From Spirochaetia bacterium (GTDB taxonomy: Bacteria; Spirochaetota; Spirochaetia; SZUA-6; Bin103), in NCBI GenBank assembly GCA_965208575.1, contig CBDBOV010000004.1, positions 1,216,001 through 1,280,000 of the forward strand: DNA of 64,000 bases, in the 5' to 3' direction. The notes below the pieces were generated by a model. The model was not told the DNA's origin. It was given only the letters and a program-made list of their open reading frames with translations, and ran no database searches. The number at the start of each line of letters is the position of its first letter. Position 1 is the stretch's first letter. Below are positions 51,330 through 60,677 of the stretch, one piece after another. The translations under genes and the position numbers were made by a program.

Positions 51330-51507
51330 GCGGCCAAGGCGTGTGTAGCAGGTATTCTCCTGAACGGGATGATCGCCACCCGGCCGCGCCGGCTGACAAC
51401 CTCACCAATGACTACGCCACCCGCCCCGGGGCCAAGCTCTTGAACGGGTTCGCAGAACGTAACGCCAGTGACGCGCCGGCCTACTTTCGCGCTCCACCCA
51501 GAACTCT
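51330..51507 (-). ncRNA. Putative bridge RNA, copy 1
   Basis: Two loops TCAYTGG-hairpin-CCGTTCARGAG; guide segments at 51437-51443 and 51357-51363; TATAGT at 51514-51519; ends approximate. Confidence 0.7.
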
Positions 51508-51588
51508 GCCCACACTATAGCTCACCCTTGTTTCTTTCATGACTGCGCCGGCCCAGGGGCCGGTGGGATAGCTCCTGAGAAACAACAA

Positions 51589-52977
51589 TCAGGCGGCCTC
51601 CGGGACAAGCTCATAACCGAGTGCGTGTGCCTGCCTTCGGAGCCGGCGTTCAAAGCGGCGCCGGTCCTGGCGCTCCTCGGCGGCGAGGATGCTGTCATCG
51701 TAGGCCACGCGATGCGTGATCAGATGGTAGATGATCCGAGCCAGTTTATGCGCGACTGCAGTGGTCGCTTCGGGAGTACCCAGACGCGCCCGCATGCGGC
51801 GGAAGTGCTGGCCCAGGGCCGATGGGCTGCGGTACAACGACTGGGTCGCCCAGTGCAGCGCCTGGGCGGCCCGATTGGTGCCCCGACCGGTGTGCGAGCT
51901 GATGATCTTGCCGCCGGTGATCTGGTTGTGGGGGCACAGGTGCAGCCAGGAGGCGAATTGCGGTGCGGTCGGAAAGCGGGACAGTTCCGGGCCGAGTTCG
52001 GTGAACAGAACCAGCGCCGTACTTTCGCCGATGCCGGGAATCAGCGTCAGGTCAGTGCCGAACAGGTGCGTAAGGTGGCCGCGCAGGTCGAACCGCTTGG
52101 CCGGTGACTCGGTTGGCGCCTCGGGCTCCGCATCGATTCCCTCATCCGGTGGGTCGTCGCCCACCGCGCCGGGTGGCTCGCTGCTGGCTTCGAACGCGCG
52201 GATGCCGGCTTCGATTTCCTGATCGCACTCCGTGATGAGTTGTTGGTAGTGGGCATAGGTCGCTCGCGCGTGCCGCAACGCCAACAGGTGCTCGGCGCGC
52301 CAGTCGCCCTGCAGCGCCTTGATCAAGGTCTCGCGGCTGGCTTTGATCCGCCGGTCGGCCAGAGCGGCCAACCGCGCCGGATCCCGCTCACCCGCCAGGA
52401 TAGCGTCCGTAATGGCCAGACCGGTCGTCCCCGTCAGGTCAGAGATGGCATGGTGCAGATGCACGTTCATCTGGCTGTACGCCTTCTGCATGTGCAACAC
52501 GCTGCGCGACGCCATCTTGATCAAGGTGTCGCGATGGCGCAGCACCGAGCGCAGTGCACACACCTCGTCGGCAGGGCGGAATGAGCCGCGCAGCAATCCC
52601 ACCGAGTGCAGGTAGCGCAACCACTCGCAGTCGGCCACGTCGGACTTCCGACCGGGTACCGAGTGCACGTGACGCGCATTCACCAGCACCACGTCGAAGC
52701 CGTGTGCCTCCAGGATCTGATACACCGGAATCCAGTACACACCGGTGGACTCCATCGCCACCGTGGTGACCTCGCATTCCTTGAGCCAGTCGGCCAAGGC
52801 GTGCAGGTCCGCGGTGAACGTAGCAAAGTTCCGGATCGGGTCCGGGTCGCGCTCCGGGCGCACAGCCGCGTACACCTCGGTAGCGCCTATGTCCAAGCCG
52901 GCAGCGTCCGGGTGCATCACCTTTGGTTGCGCTGTGCGACTGCCCTTGCCCTTGCGTCTGTGTCTGCGTCGTGCCAT
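51589..52977 (-). CDS. IS110 DEDD recombinase
   Basis: Same protein sequence as copy 1. Confidence 0.95.
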   Translation of the reverse strand: MARRRHRRKGKGSRTAQPKVMHPDAAGLDIGATEVYAAVRPERDPDPIRNFATFTADLHALADWLKECEVTTVAMESTGVYWIPVYQILEAHGFDVVLVNARHVHSVPGRKSDVADCEWLRYLHSVGLLRGSFRPADEVCALRSVLRHRDTLIKMASRSVLHMQKAYSQMNVHLHHAISDLTGTTGLAITDAILAGERDPARLAALADRRIKASRETLIKALQGDWRAEHLLALRHARATYAHYQQLITECDQEIEAGIRAFEASSEPPGAVGDDPPDEGIDAEPEAPTESPAKRFDLRGHLTHLFGTDLTLIPGIGESTALVLFTELGPELSRFPTAPQFASWLHLCPHNQITGGKIISSHTGRGTNRAAQALHWATQSLYRSPSALGQHFRRMRARLGTPEATTAVAHKLARIIYHLITHRVAYDDSILAAEERQDRRRFERRLRRQAHALGYELVPEAA

Positions 52978-53002
52978 GAAACCTCCGCTACGACTGAGTG
53001 GT

Positions 53003-53180
53003 GCGGCCAAGGCGTGTGTAGCAGGTATTCTCCTGAACGGGATGATCGCCACCCGGCCGCGCCGGCTGACAACCTCACCAATGACTACGCCACCCGCCCC
53101 GGGGCCAAGCTCTTGAACGGGTTCGCAGAACGTAACGCCAGTGACGCGCCGGCCTACTTTCGCGCTCCACCCAGAACTCT
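53003..53180 (-). ncRNA. Putative bridge RNA, copy 2
   Basis: Guide segments at 53110-53116 and 53030-53036; ends approximate. Confidence 0.7.
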
Positions 53181-53363
53181 GCCCACACTATAGCTCACCC
53201 TTGTTTCTTTCATGACTGCGCCGGCCCAGGGGCCGGTGGGATAGCTCTTGACCGAGTCGGGCCAAGTGCGCCGGCAGCATCACCCGGTCGGCGGGCAGCG
53301 TTTCGTGCCGCCGGTACACGCCGTGCCCGGGCGGCAGCTTGCCGGTCAGCATGCGGGTCACTG

Positions 53364-53534
53364 TACTAGATCGTCGACCCGCGCGACCACACGATCCGGG
53401 TGCTCACGCTGCAAGGCACCGCATACGTGGAGCATGGCGTCTACATACGGGGCGAAACCGCGACGTCGCCGCTGTTGGCAGGTTTCACGGCCGAGGTGAG
53501 CAGCGTGTTCGACGCACCGACTGTCGGCGCGTAA
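53364..53534 (+). pseudogene. Uma2-family endonuclease C-terminal remnant
   Basis: Y*IVDP (EYWIVDP with TGG>TAG)...SPLLAGF...VF. Confidence 0.7.
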
Positions 53535-53659
53535 GGTTCGACAGGCTAACGCGATAGAACCAAGGGCTCGGAGTGCTTGGCAACGGGACGCGCCAAGCTG
53601 GCGAGTGTCCGTGCTCGGTTGACCGTGCGGGGTGGGTTCCATAGGATTGCCGGCATTCC

Positions 53660-54613
53660 ATGGCAGACTCTCCGGCAGCACAGCGCCTGGCCCCGGCGCG
53701 GCAGTCCACGTGGCAGCGCGCCGTGCGCACGCTGCGCAAGGACCGCTACCTCTACCTGATCTTCCTGCTGCCGTTCCTGTACTTCCTCGTGTTCCACTAC
53801 CTGCCGATCTACGGCGTCATCATCGCGTTCAAGAACTACAAGGTGGCGTTCGGCATCTGGGGCTCCAAGTGGGTCGGGCTGCAGTACTTCATCGAGTTCC
53901 TGACCGATCCCTACGCCTGGAAGCTGATCCGCAACACCATGCTGCTGTCGTTCTACAGCATCGTGTTCGGCTTCCCGATACCGATCATCCTGGCGCTGCT
54001 GCTCAACGAGCTGCAGATCTCCTGGTTCAAGCGGGTGGTGCAGACGGTCAGCTACCTGCCGCACTTCATCTCGGTGGTGGTGGTGGCCGGCATGGTGGTG
54101 AACTTCCTGTCCAGCGACGGCCTGGTGAACCGCATCATCGTGGCGCTCGGCGGCGAGTCGTTCCCGTGGCTCATGCAGCCGCGCTGGTTTCCCGGCATCT
54201 ACGTCATCTCCGGCATCTGGCAACACGCCGGCTGGAGTTCGATCATCTACCTGGCCGCCCTGTCGGCGATCGACCCGGAACTGTACGAGGCGGCCACCAT
54301 CGACGGCGCCGGCCGCTTTCAGCAGATGCGCCACATCACCCTGCCCGGCATCGCCCCCACCATCACCATCCTGCTGATCCTGGACCTGGGCCGCATCATG
54401 GCGGTGGGCTGGGAGAAGATCCTGCTGCTGTACACCGGCGCCACCTACGAAACCGCCGACGTGCTGCAGACCTACATCTACCGCCGCGGCCTGGAGGGCG
54501 CCGACTTCAGCTACGCCACCGCGGTGGGCGTGTTCCAGGGGCTGGTGGGCCTGGCGTTCGTGATCGGGGCCAACTACCTGTCGCGCAAGTTCTCGGATAC
54601 CAGCCTGTGGTAA
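53660..54613 (+). CDS. Carbohydrate ABC permease (LplB-like)
   Basis: KWVGL, YLPHFIS, LYEAATIDGA (EAA loop). Confidence 0.95.
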   Translation: MADSPAAQRLAPARQSTWQRAVRTLRKDRYLYLIFLLPFLYFLVFHYLPIYGVIIAFKNYKVAFGIWGSKWVGLQYFIEFLTDPYAWKLIRNTMLLSFYSIVFGFPIPIILALLLNELQISWFKRVVQTVSYLPHFISVVVVAGMVVNFLSSDGLVNRIIVALGGESFPWLMQPRWFPGIYVISGIWQHAGWSSIIYLAALSAIDPELYEAATIDGAGRFQQMRHITLPGIAPTITILLILDLGRIMAVGWEKILLLYTGATYETADVLQTYIYRRGLEGADFSYATAVGVFQGLVGLAFVIGANYLSRKFSDTSLW

Positions 54614-55509
54614 CCGCCCGCCTGCGCACCGCGTTCAGCGACCGCTCGCTCGGCTCGTACTCGTTCGACGTCGTCAACGTGGTGCTGCTGCTCGGGGTGG
54701 TGTTCGTCACCCTCTACCCGATGTACTACATCCTCATCGTGTCGTTCTCCGACGGCAAGGAGGTGCTGCTCGGGCGGGTGCGCTTCTGGCCGCGCGGCAT
54801 CAACCTGCAGTCGTACCAGATGGTGCTGCGCGACGACACCGTGATCCGCTCGCTGTTCAACTCGATCCTGTACACGTCGGTCGGCACCGCCATCAACCTG
54901 GTGCTGTCCACCCTGTGCGCCTACCCACTGGCGCGGCGCGATTTCTCGGGGCGCAAGCTGCTGACCCTGTACGTGGCGATCACGATGTTCTTCCAGGGCG
55001 GGCTGATCCCGCTCTACCTGGTGGTGCTGCAGCTCGGGCTGCTCGACACCATGTGGGCGATCGTGCTGGTGCCGGGCATCAACGCCTTCTACATGTTCAT
55101 CATGCGCACCTACTTCCAGGGCCAGCCGACGGCCCTGCACGAGGCGGCGATCATCGACGGCGCCAACGATCTGCAGATCCTGGCGCGCATCGTGGTGCCG
55201 CTGGCCAAGCCGATCATGGCCACCATGCTGCTGTTCTACGCCGTCCAACACTGGAACAGCTTCTTCCACGCGCTGATATTCCTGACCGAGAAGCGTCTCT
55301 ACCCGCTGCAACTGATTCTGCGCAGCGTGGTGGTCGAGGCCACATTCGAGCAGATGAACGACATCGGCGCGGCCACCGACTTCATGGTGCTGGAGAAGAC
55401 GATCCGGTTCTCGGTGATCATGGTATCGACACTACCGATTCTGCTGGTGTATCCCTTCCTGCAGAAATATTTCGTGAAGGGCGTCATGATCGGCGCCCTG
55501 AAGGGATAA
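54607..55509 (+). CDS. Carbohydrate ABC permease
   Basis: GGLIP.Y, EAAIIDGA, YPFLQKYFVKG...G. Confidence 0.95.
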   Translation: MVTARLRTAFSDRSLGSYSFDVVNVVLLLGVVFVTLYPMYYILIVSFSDGKEVLLGRVRFWPRGINLQSYQMVLRDDTVIRSLFNSILYTSVGTAINLVLSTLCAYPLARRDFSGRKLLTLYVAITMFFQGGLIPLYLVVLQLGLLDTMWAIVLVPGINAFYMFIMRTYFQGQPTALHEAAIIDGANDLQILARIVVPLAKPIMATMLLFYAVQHWNSFFHALIFLTEKRLYPLQLILRSVVVEATFEQMNDIGAATDFMVLEKTIRFSVIMVSTLPILLVYPFLQKYFVKGVMIGALKG

Positions 55510-55554
55510 CAACCCCAATCGACGCGCCTCACAGAGCGCGACAAAGGAGATTCA

Positions 55555-57069
55555 ATGAGGTTTTCGTTCATTGCGGCGGGGCTGGCCCTGCTGCTCGTTT
55601 CCGGCATGGCATGGGCCGCCGGCGAGGAAGAGGCTGCCGCGTCCGAGCGGGTGACCATCACCTACATGCGGCCCGAGCATCCGTCGTCGCCGATCCACAC
55701 CGACGCACCGGTGTACGAGGCGATCCGCGAGGCGCTCAACATCGACCTGCAGATCGAGGCGATCCCCAGCGGCGACTTCAACGCCAAGGTGCAGTTGCTG
55801 CTCGGCACCGCCCAGTTGCCCGACATCGCGCGGCTGCGGCAGCGGCAGGTGAACGACTTCGCCGACTCCGGCGTGTTCCTGCCGCTCAACGAGCCGCTGA
55901 AGAACCAGGCGCCGGACCTGTGGGCGTACATCGACGCCATTCCCGACTCCAAGAAGACGTTCATCGACGGCACCATGTACTACGTGCCGCAGATGGACTC
56001 CTTCCAGAAGCTGCTCGCCCCGATCCCGATGATCCGGCGCGACCTGCTCGACGACACCGGACAGGAGATGCCGGACAGCTTCGACGAACTGTACGACACG
56101 CTGGCCACCTTCAAGCGCGAGTTCCCCGACTCACAGCCGTGGACCGTGCGCGGCGGCACCCGCAACCTGCTCAACCGCGCCGCGTTCCCGATGGGCATGG
56201 GCTGGGGCATTCACTGGCAGCCCGGTGAGCAGCGCTGGGTGTACGGCACCGTCAAGCCGGAGTTCAAGGCGATCCTGGAATACTTCCGCAACGCGTACGT
56301 CGACGGCGTGCTCGACCCCGACTTCGCCATCAACTCGTCCAGCCAGTGGCACGAGAAGCTGGGCTCCGGCAAGTCGCTGTTCTACTACGACAACATGACC
56401 TTCGGGCTGAACTACACGCTCAGCCTGCGCCAGGTAAAGCCGGACGCGCTGTTCTGGCCGGTCCCGGTGATGGAGAACTCGTTCGGATCGCGGCAGAACT
56501 TCTCCTATCCGCGCCACTGGCTGTCCAGCGGCTTCACGGTGGCCGCCAAGAGCAAGCACCACGACCGCATCATGGAGCTGTTCAACTGGATGGCCCACGG
56601 CGACGGCCTGCTCATTACCAACTGGGGCCTCGAGGGCGAGCACTGGCACCGCGTCAACGGCGAGATCGAAGCGCTGCCGGCGGTGCTCGACACCTACCGC
56701 GGCGCCTCCGACCCGCAGCGCGCGATGCGCTCGTCGATCGGCACGGGACTGCTGCAGTTCTGCCTGATCGTGGACCAGAAGCCGATTTACTACTACGATC
56801 CGCCGGAGGTGTCGGACTGGTACGCCCAGGTGCAGGCCGATCCCAACATGCACCTGCCGGTGCTGCCGCCGCCTTTCAACGAGGAAGAGCGCGAGCGGCT
56901 CAAGCGCCTGATCACCGACGTCGACAACATCCTCAACCCGGCGCTCGACGGTTTCATCGTCGGCACCGTGTCGCTGGACGAGTTCGACAACGTGATGAAC
57001 CAGGCCATCGCCGCCGGCGCCGAGGAGATCGAAGAGATCTACAACGCCGCCGAAGCGCGCCTGCGCTAA
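55555..57069 (+). CDS. Extracellular solute-binding protein
   Basis: AAGGAG RBS, signal ending WAAGEEE, LPDI, IRRDLL, GVLDPDF, WGLEGEHW. Confidence 0.93.
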   Translation: MRFSFIAAGLALLLVSGMAWAAGEEEAAASERVTITYMRPEHPSSPIHTDAPVYEAIREALNIDLQIEAIPSGDFNAKVQLLLGTAQLPDIARLRQRQVNDFADSGVFLPLNEPLKNQAPDLWAYIDAIPDSKKTFIDGTMYYVPQMDSFQKLLAPIPMIRRDLLDDTGQEMPDSFDELYDTLATFKREFPDSQPWTVRGGTRNLLNRAAFPMGMGWGIHWQPGEQRWVYGTVKPEFKAILEYFRNAYVDGVLDPDFAINSSSQWHEKLGSGKSLFYYDNMTFGLNYTLSLRQVKPDALFWPVPVMENSFGSRQNFSYPRHWLSSGFTVAAKSKHHDRIMELFNWMAHGDGLLITNWGLEGEHWHRVNGEIEALPAVLDTYRGASDPQRAMRSSIGTGLLQFCLIVDQKPIYYYDPPEVSDWYAQVQADPNMHLPVLPPPFNEEERERLKRLITDVDNILNPALDGFIVGTVSLDEFDNVMNQAIAAGAEEIEEIYNAAEARLR

Positions 57070-57086
57070 GGGCCGCTTGCAGGACG

Positions 57087-57121
57087 CAGCACGCGCCGGG
57101 CCAGAAACCGGGCGCGTGCTG
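57087..57121. terminator. Stem-loop after the ABC operon
   Basis: CAGCACGCGCC...GGCGCGTGCTG; no U-tract. Confidence 0.5.
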
Positions 57122-57125
57122 TGCC

Positions 57126-57322
57126 TCAGGACCGCTCCACGACCAGCGGGCGTATGCTCTCCACTTCGGGTCCGAGAGTCTGTGCCGCGTCCCGCAGGTC
57201 CACCGCGCGCTGCGCCACGGCCACGCCTCCGCCGCCCAGTCTTGACGATCTGGCCGTAGTCGCGGCCGACCGCCTGGCAGTGGCCGCGCCGCGCCGCCAG
57301 CTTGTGGGCCGGGCAGAACGAG
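57126..57322 (-). pseudogene. Possible LLM-class flavin oxidoreductase remnant
   Basis: One frame reads HKLAARRGHCQAVGRDYGQIVKT. Confidence 0.4.
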
Positions 57323-57739
57323 CTACACCAACCCCTTCGCCTCGCGGGGCATGCGGCGGCGCTTCTTCATCTGCGCCAGCCCCTCGGCAGTGCCGTCGTG
57401 GAGGGTGTTGAGCCAACGGTCGAGGGGCAGCAGGTTGTTCCCATAGTTGCACTCGAAGTAGCGGTGATGCAGCCAGTGGTAGTAGGAATCGATCGACATG
57501 CGCGTGTCGGTGCTGGTGTGCACCACGAGCTCATCGAAGCCGGCGTGCCCCAACGCCGGATTCAACGCCGCACGATTCATGATGAAGAGCAGATAAATCG
57601 GGTGCCCCGGCACTACCAGCAAGATGAGCCAACGAGTGAAGTAGAGCAGGTGCTCGATCGGGTGCATCGCCATGAGCTGGTCCCGGAAAAACGGACGGTA
57701 TGGTAGAGTGTATCCAAGGCCACGAGGAGGGCCAGCAAG

Positions 57740-58024
57740 ATGGCGACGAAGAGGCGTCGGTTCACAGCGGAGTTCAAGGCGAAGGTAGTGATTGAGGCGC
57801 TGCGGGGAGACCGTACGATCCAGGCGATCGCGGCCAAGCACGAAATACATCCGAACCAGATCAGCAGTTGGAAGCGGCAGGCTCAGACCGGTCTGCGGGA
57901 CCTGTTCGCCGACGGCCGGAGCCGGCGGCAGAAGGAGCACGATGAGACCATTCACGACCTGCATGCCAAGATCGGGGAGTTGACCGTGGAGCGCGATTTT
58001 TTAGCACGCGGGCTCGGGCGCTGA
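57740..58024 (+). CDS. IS3 OrfA
   Basis: RRRFTAEFKAKV HTH; slippery T TTT TTA at 57997-58003. Confidence 0.92.
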   Translation: MATKRRRFTAEFKAKVVIEALRGDRTIQAIAAKHEIHPNQISSWKRQAQTGLRDLFADGRSRRQKEHDETIHDLHAKIGELTVERDFLARGLGR

Positions 58025-58044
58025 GCCGGGCCGAGCGACGAGAG

Positions 58045-58881
58045 ATGATCGACCGCGAGCACGAGGGTCTGAGCATCAGCCGGCAGTGCCGCCTGATCGG
58101 GCTGAACCGGTCGACGCTGTACTACCGAGCGGTGGGCGAGAGCGCTGACACGCTCGCGTTGATGCGCCGCATCGACGAACTTTATCTGGAATGTCCGTTC
58201 TACGGCAGCCGGCAGATGATGCGCCATCTGGCACGCGAGGGAAAGCGGGTCGGTCGGCACCGGGTGCGGCGGCTGATGCGGCTGTTGGGGCTGGAGGCGA
58301 TCTACCGCAAGCCACGCACCAGCGTCGCGCACCCGGACCATCGGGTGTATCCGTATCTGCTGCGAGGGCTTACGATTGAGCGCCCGAACCAGGTGTGGTG
58401 CGCGGACCTGACCTACATCCCGGTGCAGGGAGGATTTCTGTACCTGGTGGCGATCATGGACTGGGCGAGCCGGCGGGTGTTGGCCTGGCGGCTGTCCAAC
58501 ACGATGGACACCTCCTTCTGCCTGGAGGCGTTGGCGGACGCTCTGGAAGACTTCGGCATTCCCGAGATCTTCAACACCGATCAGGGCAGCCAGTTCACCA
58601 GCATCGCGTTCACCGGCCAGTTGGAGGCGACCGGGATACGGTGCTCGATGGACGGGCGCGGTCGTTGTCTGGATAACGTATTCATCGAACGGTTGTGGCG
58701 CTCGCTGAAGTACGAGTCGGTATACCTGCACGATTTGGAGGATGGCTTCGAGGCGCAGCGGGTGATCGACGGGTGGATGGCATTCTACAACGAGACCCGA
58801 CCACACTCGGCGCTCGGCGGGCGTACGCCCGCGGAAGCGTACCGCGACGGGGTGGCGGAACAACAGCAGGAGGTGGCGTAG
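58045..58881 (+). CDS. IS3 OrfB (DDE), probably expressed by -1 frameshift
   Basis: WCADLTY, NTDQGSQF, IERLWRSLKYE. Confidence 0.93.
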   Translation: MIDREHEGLSISRQCRLIGLNRSTLYYRAVGESADTLALMRRIDELYLECPFYGSRQMMRHLAREGKRVGRHRVRRLMRLLGLEAIYRKPRTSVAHPDHRVYPYLLRGLTIERPNQVWCADLTYIPVQGGFLYLVAIMDWASRRVLAWRLSNTMDTSFCLEALADALEDFGIPEIFNTDQGSQFTSIAFTGQLEATGIRCSMDGRGRCLDNVFIERLWRSLKYESVYLHDLEDGFEAQRVIDGWMAFYNETRPHSALGGRTPAEAYRDGVAEQQQEVA

Positions 58882-59046
58882 CGAACAGGAACGGCAGGCG
58901 GTTGGCATGGGGTGCAAGGGCATCCGAGGACCAACGGGAGCGCGAGCAGTGGGGACGAAGTATCCACATATCCACAGGCTCGCTCACCCCCTCCCCGGAC
59001 CCCACCCCCATTACCGCCGCCTGATCATCTCGACCAGGAGGGTGGG

Positions 59047-59075
59047 TTGACAACGAACGAGATGCACTCTACAAT
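59047..59075 (+). promoter_or_regulatory. Outward-facing sigma70 promoter inside the IS3-A right end
   Basis: TTGACA-17-TACAAT. Confidence 0.7.
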
Positions 59076-60193
59076 ATCCCATCCACTGTCCAACCTATCG
59101 GGTCCACGTCACCAACCCCGACCAGGGGCCGACGTTGACGTTGCGGTGATGCTTTCAGCGAACCCAGCAAAGGCCCGCGAGAAGGTCGCTTCGCTGGGAA
59201 TCGCCCCGATACTCTCCCGGCCACACAGGCGGCGCAGCGCCCGGTCGTTGGCCAGCCGCTCGCGCAGCGCTCTGGTGGTGTCGATTTGGAACACCGCCTT
59301 GGCGATGAAGGCGCGCGCCAACGCCGCCCGATCCTGTTGCGGACGACCGCGCAGGCTGCGCCCACAGGGCAGCTGTTGTTCCACCCGGACGAACTCGAGC
59401 ACGGTAATGAACAACTGGTAGCGTTCTCCCAGAGGACCGAGTGAGGGTGCCCCATTTTGGTGGACAGGTAACTACTGAGGTGGCGGGGTAGTGCATGGCA
59501 GGTTGAGGTGTATTCGGTTGGTTGTCAACCCGCGCCTCCACGACGCCTCCCAGGATTCCACGGCAAATAAATGGTGGCGGTAAAGGGGTGGGGGTCCGGG
59601 GGAGGGGTTGAGGGTGCCCCGTTTCGGTGGACAGGTAACTTCTGAGGTGGCGGGGTAGTGCATGGTAGGTTGAGGTGTATTCGGTTGGTTGTCAACCCGC
59701 GCCTCCACGACCCCCACGACACGACGCCTCCCGAGATTCCACGGCAAATAAACGGTGGCGGTAAAGGGGGTGGGGATCCGGGGGAGGGGTGGGATTTGCC
59801 TGTGGATATGTGGACAAGTCCGCATCAAGCTGGGGGTGGTGGCGGTGTGGATGGCCGTGAGCGGCGCCGGTGTGCGCGGTCAGGAGATCGCACGACCGTG
59901 ATCAGTGCTGGCGGCATGGACAGCGGGTGCCGGGAGTCGAAACGGAGCGCCTGAGGGACGATTCGGGGTTCAGCAAGGGTATCCGGGACCACCTGCTCGC
60001 GAGGAGCGGCCTTACAGGGCCGCTGAGAGCGCCAGTTCGCGCCGCACCGGCAAGATGTCGGCCCGGGTGGGGCTGCAGCCGCCGGGAGCGGCGCGGTCGA
60101 GCCGGTCCGGGGCGCCCGTGTGGGGACGGACCCGCGAGCGGTGCGCCGCTTGGAAACTATGCAGCCGTCGCAACGGGTCGGCAGCAGGTTGCC

Positions 60194-60487
60194 TCAGTCG
60201 CGCCCATACCCGCGTGGCGGCTCGACGCTCTCCAGAGCGCCAAGATCAAGCGCGCAAATCGCCTCCAGCTTGTCGCCGAGCGCGGTCTCCTGGAGCGCCT
60301 CGGGCAGGTTGTCGAGCCACGCTTGATACTCTCCCTGGAGGTCGAGCAGGGTGCGCACCGCATCCTGCCAGCGCTGCGGTCGGGAGCGCCGGTCGTGCGG
60401 TCGGCGGTACTGCGCTCGCGGCTGCTGCGCCTTGCGCCGCGCTCGATAGCGCCGTTGGCGTTGCGCATTGGTCAACGCCATGGGCAC
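60194..60487 (-). CDS. IS passenger protein of unknown function (basic TNAQRQRRYRAR N-terminus)
   Basis: Identical protein in both diverged IS copies, with synonymous DNA differences. Confidence 0.8.
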   Translation of the reverse strand: MPMALTNAQRQRRYRARRKAQQPRAQYRRPHDRRSRPQRWQDAVRTLLDLQGEYQAWLDNLPEALQETALGDKLEAICALDLGALESVEPPRGYGRD

Positions 60488-60677
60488 TGATCACCGTTAC
60501 GTAACGGCTCCTGGTCCAGCACCTCAGACGCTGCATCCCCGCTGCGCTGCGTGCTCACCGCGACGCCGGTCGGCGCGCGCAGCCGACTCGGACGCCAAGC
60601 GGTCCGGAGAGGGCCAATTGCCGACGAATATTGTCCCTGGAGGGGGCCGAGCGCCAGCATCGGCACCACGACGATGC

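Larger units (their letters stand above)
49899..51571 (-). mobile_element. IS110-family element, copy 1
   Basis: 1673-bp unit; CTC core at 49899, 51572 and 53245. Confidence 0.92.
51572..53247 (-). mobile_element. IS110-family element, copy 2 (tandem)
   Basis: Repeat of copy 1 at +1673, no differences seen. Confidence 0.92.
49644..53361 (-). pseudogene. Degenerate sulfatase fragment interrupted by the IS110 dimer
   Basis: Removing the IS gives MLTGKLP..HGV...LARLGQE|TALVGKLD...GFERFEW, similar to the sulfatase at 24886. Confidence 0.6.
57673..59111 (+). mobile_element. IS3-family element A
   Basis: TG...CA imperfect IRs; 3-bp TSD CCA at 57670-57672 and 59112-59114. Confidence 0.92.
57323..59150 (-). 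pseudogene. Sterol desaturase/fatty acid hydroxylase, IS3-interrupted and 5'-truncated
   Basis: Removing IS 57673-59111 restores HHRNVNVGPWSGLAMHPIEH; HWLHHRYFECNYG box present. Confidence 0.85.

Noticed and set aside
59442-59790. Apparent ~170-bp tandem repeat or CRISPR-like array
   Set aside because: Fully explained by two IS3-B right ends after nested insertion; no spacers and no cas genes
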